From a virus (lineage: Duplodnaviria; Heunggongvirae; Uroviricota; Caudoviricetes), in IMG/VR virus record IMGVR_UViG_3300000228_000007: a DNA stretch of 64,000 nt; one strand, given 5' to 3'. The first letter of the stretch is position 1, and the number at the start of each line of letters is the position of its first letter. The translations under genes and the position numbers were made by a program. This document shows positions 27,850 through 40,157 of the stretch, in pieces. The notes beneath the pieces were generated by a model, which did not search any database, had not been told where the DNA came from, and saw nothing but the letters and a program-made list of their open reading frames with translations.

Positions 27850-29769
27850 TTAGTAATAATTTCAAACATTATGTATATATTTTTCAGGTATTTCATTAAG
27901 AAATCTTGAAGGTTGTTGGTATTGATAGTTTCAAAAAATCATTCTTTCACCAACATAACTTAAAAATAAGTTTTCTTTTGCTCTTGTCATAGCAACATAC
28001 ATTAATCTACGTTCTTCCTCTAATCAAGTTAATGTTTCAATTGAATTTTTACTTGGTAAAATACCATCCTCAACAGCAACTACTGCTACGTTTTCAAATT
28101 CAAGTCATTTTGATTTATGAATAGTCATAAGACTTACAAATTCAGCATTATCATCTTTATGTTCATTAGCATCTTGCATAAGAGCTATTTTTTCAACGAA
28201 TTCTATAATTCCTTCATAACCAGGAAATCATTCATAAGACATTCACATCGATACAAGTTCTCCTAAGTTTTGTTTTTTATCATCAAATTCTTCTCAATTA
28301 TAGTTTTTCTCAAGATATTCAAGATATCCTATTTCTTTTATAACCATAGAAATTAAATCACCTACAGACACTGAATCAGATGCTTCTTTCAAATTTTTCA
28401 TAATATTTATAAATTCTTCAAATCAAATTTTTGCTTTACCTTTTAATGAATTTGATACTATTGATGGTTCTTCAATAACTTTGTGAAAATTTCCAGAGTA
28501 TTGTTGTTTTACTATATCTAATATATCAGCTACTCCTTTTGCTCATAATCAACGAGTAGGAGTATTAATAACTCTTTTGAATGAGTTTGAATCTTTTTTA
28601 TTTACTATCAAGTTAATGTATCACATAATATCTTTAATTTCCATTCTTTCTACGAATACCAATCAACCAAAAACCCTATAAGGTATTTTACTATTAATAA
28701 GTGATTGCTCTATTATTCTTGAAATATAATTATTTCTATATAAAATAGCCCATTTTTTAGGCATTCAAGTTTTTAGAATTTCTTTGGCTATATTATCGGC
28801 TTCTTGCAATGAATTATTTAGATTGAATACTTTTATTGGAGTTCAAATATCTCACATTGAAAACAATTTTTTATCAAGTCTAATAGTATTGTTTTTAATA
28901 ACTTCATTAGCTGAATTTACAATAGTTTGAGTTGAACGATAGTTTTGTTCAAGATTTATTACAACAGCTTCTGGATAATCTTTGGTAAAGTTCAATATAT
29001 TTTTCATATCAGCATTTCTAAATGAGTAGATAGACTGATAATCATCTCATATAACACATAAATTTCTCGTATGTGCTGATAATAGTTTCATAATATTATA
29101 TTGTATCATATTAGTATCTTGATACTCATCAACGAAAAAATACTTAAATTGTTTATTAAACCTACTCATTACTTCTGGGATTTTTAGTATTTCAAGAAAG
29201 TTGATTAACAAATCATTAAAATCCATAGCATTGTCATTAAAGATTCTTTTTTGGTATTCTTGATAAAACTCAAATATAATTCTATCTAAGTCCTTTTTTA
29301 TATTTTTTTCTATTAATTCTAAAGAAAATCAAAAGGTTTTAAATTTATCAATTTTATCCTTAAAAAGAGATACATCTAAATCTAACTCTGCGAGTTCCAT
29401 TTCTTTGAATATAGTTTTCATAAGTTTTGTAACATCTCAATCGTCATAAATTGAAAAGGCTTTATCATATCATAATAAATTTCAATAAGTACGAAGGTAT
29501 CTTGCCGCTAAACTATGGAAAGTTCATAAAATAGGCATTCAGGAAATTCATTCAGTTTGTATTCTTGTTGCAATTCTATCTTTCATTCATTTTGCTGCTT
29601 TATTAGTAAATGTTACAGCAAAAATTTCTTCGGGACGGGCTTCTCCATCCAAAATTAATTTTATAATTCTTTCAATTATAGTATGTGTTTTGCCAGACCC
29701 AGCACCAGCATTTATAAGTAATGGTCATTTTATATGATCAACTGCTTGTTGTTGTTGAACGTTTAACAT
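27850..29769 (-). CDS. UvrD/PcrA/Rep-family superfamily-1 DNA helicase
   Basis: Motif [15 protein letters not shown] with the G before PLL as TGA. Motif [18 protein letters not shown] with G as TGA. Further FTNKAA, TFHS and the C-terminal helicase motif V/VI region VAMTRAK. Confidence 0.85.
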
Positions 29770-29977
29770 TTTTAATATAATTATTGTTATAAATAATAAT
29801 ATTATATATTATTATTTTTATTTTTAAAATCAATAGAAAATTATATATAATTATAACAATAAATCTCCTTTTATTAAGCATTCACCTATTTTGATTAGTT
29901 CTTCAAATATTCTTTTTCTTCATTTTTCATTTTTATATCACTCATTTTTCGATATATTATTTGAATTATATATTTTA

Positions 29978-30667
29978 TTAAATTAAAAATAACTTTTCTA
30001 TGGCTTGTTTTTCTCCAGTATTTTTTGTTAAACTACTATTTACTGATTTTTCCCAAACGCAAGTAAAATCTTCTGGTGCATTATATTCACTAACAAATAT
30101 TTTATGTCATTTCTTTTTCATATTTCTACACCATTGCCAAAATTCATCATGATTAAAATTTCAATTCAAATATTTCGTAGTTCATTTATACGGTGGATCG
30201 CAATAGATAATACTTTCTTTTGGTATTTTTAATTTTTTATAATCTATATTGTAAAACTTAATTCATTGTAATGATGGTTTTTGTTTATCTATATTTTTTA
30301 TAGCCTCTTTTGCATAATCCCTTTTTCAAATAGTATCTTTTCTATATTATCAAAAAAACTTTGCTCAATATGATAATTGAAATCAAGTAAATCAAACTAA
30401 CCAATTTGAATATTCACTTTTATTATCTTTAATTTTTATATATTTATCATGATTAACATATGGTGTTTTTTTATTCTTAAGCATCCATTTGAGTAGTGAT
30501 ATTAAATATTTATTACTATCATTTCCTATTCTATTTCAAGTTACTTTATCTATAACATTTGCTCATCAAACAAATGATTCAACATACCATTGTCAAATTA
30601 TTCTATCTTTAAGTATGATTGGTAATATTTCATTTGCAAATTTTCATTTGCTTCACATATATTTCAT
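29978..30667 (-). pseudogene. Dam/D12-family N6-adenine DNA methyltransferase interrupted by an in-frame TAA (30347-30349)
   Basis: N-terminal half MKYMGSKGKFANEILPII...FVGGANVI...NDSNKYLISLL and C-terminal half ...IIYCDPPYKG...IFVSEYNAPEDF are in the same frame, separated by one TAA. That TAA aligns with the Arg of the conserved FNVPFGRYK block. No ATG follows the TAA. Confidence 0.55.
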
Positions 30668-30809
30668 GTTTATAACATATTAATCATATAATTAGATTAT
30701 AATTAAGTATTATATTAAAAAACTAAAGAAAAAATAATCAAAAATACTCTTGAATTTAAATAAAAAATGTTATATATTAAATATAAGTATTATATAACAA
30801 AGATGCTTT

Positions 30810-32882
30810 ATGAAATTACTTATATTTGAAGGATCTTGAAAAGAGGCTACGTTAAAACAACTTATGAACTCCTGAAAAGTACCTAAATGTGATTTTGCTT
30901 ATACATTAGGTCATATTTATGAGTTGAAATGAAAAAAAGATTGAAAAAAAGAATCAATAGCTGTAAGTATGGAAAATCTACGTCCAACATATTGAGTTAT
31001 GTCAGATAAAAAAGAATTAGTATCAAAACTTCGTTCAAAAATTGAAAAAGCAGATGAAGTAATAGTTTTTACTGATAATGACTTTGAAGGAGAGGTTATA
31101 GCATACAGTTTGTATAAAGAATTCAAAGAGTACGCACATAAAATGAAGCGTGGTTACTATACGGAAATCTCTGAAAAATGAATTAATCAATGATTAGAAA
31201 ATGCAACAGCTGATTTCAATTTTTCACTTGCTGATGCTTGAATGGCTCGTGCTGTTCTTGATAGAATTATTGGATGGACATATTCTCCAATAGTTTATCT
31301 TCAATGAAATGGAATAACAAATGTATCAGCAGGACGTTGCCAAAGTCCAACATTAAGATTTTTAGCAGAAAGAGAACGTGAAATTATAAACTTCTCCACA
31401 AGAAATTATTATACAGTTAACGCTAAACATGATAGTTTTACATCTCATCATGTAAAAAATAAAACACTTGATGAAAATGAAAATTTAGTATTTTCAGAGG
31501 AAAATGCTGAAATATTAAAAAATAAATTATCTACGGTTTCAGAGTGAAAAATAGAGTCTTATGAAGAAAGTTCATTTCAAACAAATCCAAAAGAGCCATT
31601 TAATGGAACTACATTTCAAGAGGCATGCTCAAATGTATTATGACTTGGTGTAGATGAAATTACAGAAATTTGACAATCTTTATATGAGAAATGATTACTA
31701 ACTTATATTCGTACAGACGCTATCGTATTAGAGTCTGAAAAAAATGAAGAAATAAGAAATTTAATTAAGAATAAACTCGGTTGAGACTTTTTACCGAGAG
31801 ATGTTGTAAAGTATAAAAATCCAGACTCTGCACAAGAATGACATTGTTGAATATCTCCAGTTGATGTAAACTTATTGCCGAAAAATACACCAGATACATT
31901 AACCCCAAATGAAAAATTAGTATATGAATTAGTTTGGAGAAGAACAATAGCTTCACAAATGCCACCTGCTATTTACGATAAGCAAAGTATAATTATAAAT
32001 ATTGTTGATGAGTTATTTTCATATTCAAATGCTAAAAATTCATCATTATGATTTTTGAAAGTATGGAATTATAATGTAGAGGAAGAAGATTCTGAAAGTG
32101 ATTGAGATTCTAAATGGATTGATAATATTAGTGAAAGCTCTATTATTAATGTAAAGTGAATAAATACTACGGCACATAAGACTAAGCCAAAATCAAGGTA
32201 TAAATTAGCATCTTGTATAAAACAAATGGATAAAATACGTGCTGGTCGTCCTGCTACCTTCAAAAATATATTAAAATCATTAGAAAAAAGAGAATATATT
32301 ATAACTAAAGGAAAACAACAAGTAATAACAGTTACTGAAAAATGACTTCAAGCCGTTGATATAATTATGTGATTTGCCTGAAATGATATAATGGATTATA
32401 AGTTTACTGAAAAAATGGAAAATGATAGAGATGCTTTATCAAAATGAAAATTAACATATGATAATTTCGTTAAATCTTTCTATGCAAATATTAAATATAC
32501 AATGGATAAATATAAAATATACATTGATGATAACTGATTTGTAAGATCTTGAAATAGTAATCAAAATTGACAAGCACCAGTAGTAAAAACTGGGCATGAA
32601 TGCCCTTTATGTAAAAGTGAATTAATAAAAAAACAAACATCAAAATGAGAGATAATAAGTTGTTCAGCTTCAAAATATGAATGATGAAAGAATTCAGGAT
32701 GTAAGTATTTTAATTTTATTTGAGATGCTGAAAGAACTTGAGAAGAATGTCCTTTATGTAAAGGAGAACTTATTATAATTACAACTAAAACAGGCTTAAA
32801 ATTGAAAAAATGTGAATATTCAACTTATGATTCTGTAGAAAAAAAGAATATAGGTTGTTGGTTTAAGGCTATAAAAGTGTAA
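30810..32882 (+). CDS. topA: DNA topoisomerase I (type IA) with C-terminal zinc ribbons
   Basis: Toprim VIVFTDNDFEGEVIAYSLY. Active-site block LYEKGLLTYIRTDA with the conserved Gly as TGA (31692-31694). DRIIGWTYSP...SAGRCQSPTL. Two CPLCK...C..GC modules at the C-terminus. Confidence 0.85.
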
Positions 32883-32891
32883 ATTATAAAT

Positions 32892-32922
32892 AAAAAGAGT
32901 GTGAATTTATTACACTCTTTTT
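32892..32922 (+). terminator. hairpin agagtgt...acactct + T-run after topA
   Basis: aaaaagagtgtgaatttattacactcttttt. Confidence 0.5.
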
Positions 32923-33110
32923 AATATTTTTCAAGAACTTTTTTTTTGAAAGACAAAGATTTTTCAGGGTTGTATATAATAATTTTATTATATATTTTAT
33001 TAAATATTTCATCATTCATTTCAATATGCATGGAATAACTTCATGCTTTTATATTTTTTTTGTAATATCAAACTGTTAAAGAAATTCATAATACGCTAAA
33101 TGTTTTATTT

Positions 33111-33670
33111 TTTATAACTCTATGTTGAAATAAAAATTGATATACATATCAAAATTCTAAACTTAGAAATAAATGATTTAATTTAATATCGTTTAATTTA
33201 TTTTTTATATCTTTACTTATTCATAAATTATTTTGAAATAAAAAGTTTTTATATAAATTAACAAACATAATCTTATAAGAATAAATTAAATAACTCATCC
33301 TATAATCTATATCTTTATTTTTCATTTCTATAACATTACAGTGTTCATTATCTATATCTAATATAATATTATCAATATCGTTCTCCAAGACCCATAAAAA
33401 ATATGATTTTATATAATTCTTTATATCATTAAATTCTATTGTTGTAAATTTTTTTGTTGAAATATATTTGTCATTAAAAATAAATTTTATTTCATTACTT
33501 GATAATTCATCGAACACACTTAAATTTATCTTATCATTATCAAAATATTCATTTAGTAGAATTTTACTTTGATTTATAAAGTAATATAATACTGAAAATA
33601 AAGATCTTTCTTCTGCATTCTCGTTGATAATTAATGTTCAAAGCAATATATATCTATTATTATTCTGCAT
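33111..33670 (-). CDS. hypothetical protein (~186 aa)
   Basis: ATG at 33670. Track ORF 33221-33517 extended in both directions through TGA to TAG 33111-33113. Confidence 0.4.
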
Positions 33671-33679
33671 ATTTATAAT

Positions 33680-33713
33680 AAAAAACTAATATACTTGATT
33701 ATATTAGTTTTTT
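33680..33713. terminator. 10-bp perfect stem aactaatata/tatattagtt flanked by A5 and T6
   Basis: aaaaaactaatatacttgattatattagtttttt. Confidence 0.4.
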
Positions 33714-34083
33714 ATTAATTTTCAATTTTTACATTAATATTAATTAGAAATTTTTATTTTAATGCTTAAAATTTATCATAAAAATGTTATTAATTTATTA
33801 AAATAAACTTTATTTTCATACTTTTTTAATATAAAAATCCAGTCTTTATTCTTTTTATCAAAAGCATTTTCCATAAAAATTTGAAAATTTATATGTTTTT
33901 TTGACTTGAAATTTTAGAACCTTTACTCTATATATTTTACACAAAGGTTCATTTATTGGACGTTTTTTGTTTCATGTCTTATGGTGGTAAAGACATTGAT
34001 TCGTTAAGTATATTTTTATAGGAAGCTGTTTTATATAAATGGAGCAATATATTAATATTCTTTTTAATACCTAACTATTTTAC

Positions 34084-34923
34084 ATGTATAGATACAAAAT
34101 CGTTTCACTGATCGTTCTATTTTGAACTTTTGGGTTTTTGGATGAAACATTTGCTATAAATAGCGTAGCAAATCAGTCAAACTTAAATCAAGAAACGGTT
34201 GTTCAAAGTAGGACAATACTTGAAAAAGATAATGCTTTAAATTTATTTATAGAAGAAAATGAAAAGCAGATTAACTATAATAATAAAATCGAAGTAATAT
34301 TAGAACTTGAAAACGAAATAAAAAAAGAAATATCAAAAAATGTTAACGAAATAACATATGAAGAAAAAATAGATCTTATAATTAAAGGTTTATTTACTAT
34401 TTGAATGAAAGACTATAAAAATATTTATGTTTCTGAAAATCAAATATTCAAAAAAGTAGCACTCTCATCAATTCAAGAAAATAATATAGATATAAATTCA
34501 AAAATTCAGTCAGAACTTATGGTCGAACCAATTGAAGAACCTGATATGGAAAATAATGATGAAGAACCTGAATATGGAGAAAAATACCCAAATATCTTTG
34601 CTCCGTGATATTGTACTTATTATGTTGCTAATAATAAAAGTGTTTCATGGAAATGACATGCCAAAGATTGGTATTCAAACGCTCAAAAAACTTGAGAAAG
34701 TGTTTGAAAAGAACCGCAAATTTGATCTATTGTAGTTTTTTCTTGAAAATGATATAATAGAAAATACTGACACGTAGCAATAGTTAAATCAATTAATAAT
34801 GATAATAATACGTTCACCGTATCAGAAATGAACGCAAAAAAGAGATGGATTATTTCGGATAGAAAGGTTAAGAACAATGATTATAGAATTATATGATTTA
34901 TATATGCAAAAGATATAAAATAA
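34084..34923 (+). CDS. secreted CHAP-domain peptidoglycan hydrolase (amidase/endopeptidase)
   Basis: In-frame ATG 34084 gives the signal peptide MYRYKIVSLIVLFGTFGFL; track ORFs 34138-34404 and 34405-34608 share the frame. C-terminal GYCTYYVANN...W...GKEPQIGSIVVF...GHVAIV matches the CHAP Cys/His signature with G = TGA. Confidence 0.65.
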
Positions 34924-34932
34924 TAAAAAAAA

Positions 34933-35970
34933 ATGAACTATATATGATCTAAAAAAAAATTATTAGAATTCTTAAATGAATCAATAAACCAAATAACTTG
35001 AAATAAATTTACAAGCATAGCAGATTTATTTGCTTGAACATGAATTGTAGGAAGGTTTTATAAGGGAAAAGGTAAAAAAGTTATTTCAAATGATTTACAA
35101 TATTATTCATACGTATTGAATAAATGATATATTGGAGTTAAAAGCATTTATAACTTACAGTTTGAAAAACTTTGATGATTTGATAAAGTATTTGAATCAT
35201 TAAATGATTTACCAGGAAATAAAGGCTTCATGTATAATAACTATTCACCTTGAGTCGGAGAGATAACGCATTGAAGAATGTATTTTACAAATGAAAATGC
35301 AAAAAAATGCGATGCTATAAGAAGCAAGATTGAAGAATATAAAAATAATTCTTTAATCTCTGAAGACGAATATTTCTTTTTATTAGCTTCTTTAATAGAG
35401 AGTATTGATAAAGTGTCAAATACTGCAGCTATCTATTGAGCTTACTTAAAACAATTCAAAAAATCAGCATTAAAAACTTTTATATTAGAGCCATTAATAT
35501 TTGATGAATGAAAATATGATAATGTAATATATAATAAAAACGTTAATGATTTAATTAGTGAATTAAGCCATGTAGACGTTGTTTATTTAGATCCACCATA
35601 CAATGAGCGCCAATATGCTTGAAACTATCATATACTTGAAACAATCGCTAAATATGACACACCTGAGATTACATGAAAGACATGAATGCGTAAAGAATCA
35701 AATAAATCAAAATATTGTTCAAAATCAATAGTAAAAAAAGAGTTTGAAAATTTAATAATGAATATTAATTCTGATTATATTTTTGTATCTTATAACAATG
35801 AATGATTGTTATCTATTGAAGACATGGAAGAAATATTATCAAAAAGAGGAGAATACGGTCTCTTTAAAAAAGAATATCAAAGATTTAAGTCTGATAAAGA
35901 TGTTAATAGAACTTTTTCTGATAATAAGACTTATGAATATCTCCATTACGTAAAATGTAAAAAAGACTAA
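34933..35970 (+). CDS. Dam/D12-family N6-adenine DNA methyltransferase (intact)
   Basis: MNYIGSKKKLL (YxGxK), DLFAGTG (motif I), VYLDPPYN (motif IV), and a following ...FVSYNNEG block. Confidence 0.75.
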
Positions 35971-36181
35971 CTTTTAAAGGTTAATCTTTTATTATTTTGT
36001 ACTTTATCAAGTCAATCAATTAATGTTAATTTTGTAAATCATAGGGAAGCACTTGATTTCTTGTTCAAATATTTCAGATAAATTTTCAGACATAGTTTTT
36101 TTATTTGATTATTGATTAAAGATAAATATATTGTATATGGAAATAAATTATACAATAGAAAATTATTATTAATAATATACT

Positions 36182-37030
36182 ATGATAAAATTATCATCAA
36201 AACAGGAAGAAGCTATCTTTAATATGGAAAACTTCATATGAATTTCATGAAGTCATAGAATTGAATTTGAAACATATGCTGACTTGAATGAATATTTTCA
36301 AGACTTACAAAAAGAATGTAAAAAAGCAGCGAATTTTAAGAAGGCATTAGTATCAGGGAAAATTGCTGAATGAATCGCAAGAAAAAAAGAAAAAATGATA
36401 GAAAAATTAATAGATAAAAAAGAATTAAAGGATTATGCTTTATTTTATTACTATAAGTATTTTCCATCAAGAAAGAAACTATATAATAAACTTTGCGAGA
36501 AAAATAAAAATCTTGAAACTGTAAATTTGGTAATGGAGGCTGTGGAATCATTAATAACTCCAATTGAGACATCAATGGTAGAAAATAAAATTAGTAATTT
36601 TATTCAATCATGAAAAAACTTCGCCTATATAAGAAACAAAATGAGAGAAAAACTTTTTGAAAGGGATATGGTTGAAAATATTCTTTGTAAATATGAAAAT
36701 ATGAGTATTTTAAAACCCGAAAAGGTAAAAAAGAAAATTATGTCTTTATTACAGAAATGAAAGTCATTATCTATAATTAAACGCTCTATTGTTGAGAATA
36801 ATAATGATGAAGCTGTTTTTGAAGAAGCTTTAATAGAGTTATGATTAAATTGAGATTATAAAACCGAAGATCCAGATTTAATTTCTGTTAGAAAATTGGT
36901 TAAAAAATATAAAATTGATTGATTGGAAGATAAAAAAATTGTTTCACGTATATTAATGAAATGATTTAAGTATGATATATTAAAAAAGGTATTATTAGAA
37001 GAAAAAAATATTGAATACGAAGTTAATTAA
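36182..37030 (+). CDS. helical-repeat protein, RecX-like (tentative)
   Basis: Three repeats resembling RecX helical modules (e.g. ALFYYYKYFPSRKKLYNKLCEKNKNLETVNLVMEAVESL). Assignment is weak. Confidence 0.3.
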
Positions 37031-37809
37031 AAAAGAATCTAAATTAATAGGTTCTTTTATTTTCATTTTTTATAGCTAACTTTATTGAAATAAATCATAT
37101 AACTAATACTATAACAAGCCATATATACATCCATATAAAAGCCGGTATAAGTCAAGAAAAGTTACTTAAATCTGATGATGGTCAAACATTAAAATCCATA
37201 ATTATATATACTAAACTATTAATTCCTAAAAATAATGTAATATCTCTCATTATATTTGGTAAAAATTTTATACATACAAAAATTCATAATGCTAATAATA
37301 ATTGTATTATTGTAGAATACACTGAAGCAAACCAAAAAATTGAACTAAAAATAAGTAATCATAAAATTATATACAATAAATATTTTGAATAATTTTTTGA
37401 TAAACTTCAAAAATATATTAAGAGTCATCAAAAAATAGCCGATCAAATGTATCATCACATTATTACAAAAGATCTAATACCATTATATGTAGTGGCTAAT
37501 CAACTCCCATCGGGATTGATTTTTAAAGATTCGACTCATCATCATGTTATTAAAGCAAAAAAGGAGTGTCAAAATTCATGTAAAAATGTAACAAATAACG
37601 TTATTGGATAAACTATATAATATCAATAAGGTATATAGTTTTTTATAAAAAAGTATATTATAGAAAATATAAATATTTTTATTAAAAATTTCATTAATGT
37701 ATTAGTATTTATTAAATATAAAAGTCATATATATGATATGACTTTTATAGTTTTAATCAAGTAATTTTCTTAATTAGACAAGCTTTCTAATTGTTTAATT
37801 GCTAATTTC

Positions 37810-38076
37810 TTATCTTTTAAATAAAAATTTGTTGTTAAAATTTCTTGTAGTAATTCTAAATGTTTTAATATCTGTAACACAATCTCCAATTTCTACTATT
37901 TGTGTATCTATATTTACAACATAATTGTAAGTTACATATGTTATTTTTTCAAAATTTAATGGAGTTGTTCTGTATTTGACTACAATATCTTTTATTCATT
38001 CAAGTGAATATACATTTAATAGTTCTTTTAAAAAGCTTATAAGATTAGGATTTTTAAAATAAGCTTGAACTGTCAT
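37810..38076 (-). CDS. small hypothetical protein (~89 aa)
   Basis: ATG at 38076, TAA at 37810-37812, read from the reverse complement. Confidence 0.35.
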
Positions 38077-38179
38077 AAATTGTATAATTTTTTTAAAAAA
38101 AATCAAAATTTTATTTGTTTTTTTATAAAAAAGAGTATATGGTAATATACTATATAATATAATTTAATTATTAAAAATT

Positions 38180-38722
38180 ATGGATACTATTAATTATAGA
38201 GGTGATATCCCTCAAATAGAGCTTAAAAATACTATTAAAAAAACATTATTTGATAAAGTACTTCTTTTAACAGGTTCTGCTAAAAGAAATTTTTCACTTG
38301 CAATTGATAAAATCAAAAGTGATTATGATATTAATTTTAATACTAAAAATAGCAATACTGTAAGATGAAATGGCAAATCTATATGAGTAATAAGACCTTC
38401 TTTTTGAAACAATAATAATCAATACTCAAATTCATGAACAGATATTAGAAATAAAAATATTTCACAAAATGAAAGACCTTTATTTTGAAATAGACAGGAG
38501 ATATTTTGAAATTTTAAAAATGATAATGATATAAAAAATCCTATTTCAATGTCAAATAATAGACCAGATTTTTGAGATAATCAATGATATAATTCTAACC
38601 ATGAAATTAAAACTGAGCATTCTGAAAGATTAAAGAGAAAAAATATGGTAAAATCTTGAATATTATATAGTTTAGGTATATGATTAATTTGATATAGATT
38701 ATATAAATTTATAAAAAGATAA
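38180..38722 (+). CDS. hypothetical low-complexity protein with C-terminal TM helix
   Basis: Track ORF 38180-38368 extended through 11 TGA codons; the Gly reading gives FGNNNN / LFGNRQEIFGNF repeats. Confidence 0.4.
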
Positions 38723-38973
38723 TCACGGTTTATTTCAATAGATAATTTCTATCATTTAACCTATTAGTCATGTATAAACTATATTTATTTTTCAGTTCAA
38801 TTAGGAATACTATTTTTCAATTCTAAAAATCTTCATTCTCCTAATTGCTCTATTATTTCATATTACCATTCTACTGGCTCTCTGCAATAATTATTAATTA
38901 ATAATAAATGTAAACTAATTATATCAAATAGGTTCTTTATTTTTTTGATTTTTATAATATAATTATTATTTTT

Positions 38974-39234
38974 ATGGAAAAAACATATAGCATATATGTT
39001 TGAAATAATGGGAAAAGATTATATTCTTTTTATCCTTATGATAACTGAAATGTAGAGAATTTCTTTAATATATCTTCTGATAGTTGAATTGTTTTTAACT
39101 CTATTGAAGATGCTATTAATTCAATTTCTATTTGGCAGAAAACAGTAAATGAAAGAACTTGATTGTCTGAGGAACTAAAAACAAAAGTTATAAAAAGACT
39201 CGAATGATATAAAAGTAAAATATTTATTAATTAA
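38974..39234 (+). CDS. small hypothetical protein
   Basis: ATG 38974 to TAA 39232-39234. Confidence 0.35.
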
Positions 39235-39479
39235 TAATTCTTAATATGTCTAATATGGAAAATACATATATTGATAATTCAAAAAAAATCTTTCATAAAA
39301 AATGAATTATATGAACTTGACTTAATATAGTCTCAAAAAAATTGATAAAAATAGAAAATGTCAACGTATATAAAATTATATAGATTATACTTCTGGTGGT
39401 TGTTGATTTGAAGAAATATATATATTATCCAGCTACAAGAAGAATAGCTTTATTCTACTTTTAGAAAAATAAGTAGATA

Positions 39480-39516
39480 AAAAGAGTATTTAACATTAAT
39501 ATTAAATACTCTTTTT
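39480..39516. terminator. hairpin agagtatttaa/ttaaatactct with flanking A/T runs
   Basis: aaaagagtatttaacattaatattaaatactcttttt. Confidence 0.5.
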
Positions 39517-39530
39517 ATTTGTTACATAAT

Positions 39531-40069
39531 TACTTTATAAAGTATAAAATATAGTCTGAATCTGTGTAATTTTTCAAAAATCAATTCAATTTTTTACATT
39601 TTTCAAATCAATCAATTCAATATGTATATAAATTGTTATCATTCATAATTTCTTTATCAAAGATATATGATCCATAGGGAAGTAATAATGATAATTTATT
39701 AAATTCAATATATCATCAAAATTGACTTACTGTAAAATCATATATTTTACCATTACTTTCACACCAGTAATGTCAACTATTTCACAAAAAATCACATGAG
39801 CCATCATCAAGTCATTCTCTTAAACTTCAACTTTTAATTACTATATCAAAATTATTTCAAAAGTATATTTTACATAATTTATAAAATATATAACTTGCTG
39901 ATATACAATCTTGATAATTAATATTATCATCCACCATATCCCATAAACAACTTCAACCAATGTAATTTGCAAATGATTGAGCGACTGTTTCTATATGCAT
40001 TTTCTTATAGGTTACTAATAAAATTAAATTATATTCTTTACAATAATTTCCATTCTTTCAAAAATCCAA
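39531..40069 (-). CDS. transglutaminase-like cysteine peptidase (tentative), probable TTG start
   Basis: Minus-strand ORF immediately downstream of the RM-like gene. It carries G-N-Y-C-K-E-Y and a later GHYWCESNGKIYDFT resembling the transglutaminase-core Cys ... HxWxE...D signature. The first ATG is internal (40000); the frame opens at a TTG. Confidence 0.3.
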
Positions 40070-40157
40070 TTAACTATATCTACGATTTCTTCATAATAGT
40101 TACCTTATGCTGAAAAATAAATATCATCATAGTGAACGTAATTATATTGATTTGTTT

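Noticed and set aside
30340-30356. T7 homopolymer upstream of the Dam TAA as a phase-variation switch
   Set aside because: Adding or removing one T places TAA/TAG stops within a few codons in both alternative frames, so slippage cannot restore a full-length protein.
36182-37030. Interpreting the gene after the intact Dam MTase (34933-35970) as its cognate restriction endonuclease
   Set aside because: No PD-(D/E)xK, HNH or GIY-YIG motif was seen. The sequence looks like helical RecX-type repeats, so this Dam-like MTase is treated as an orphan.
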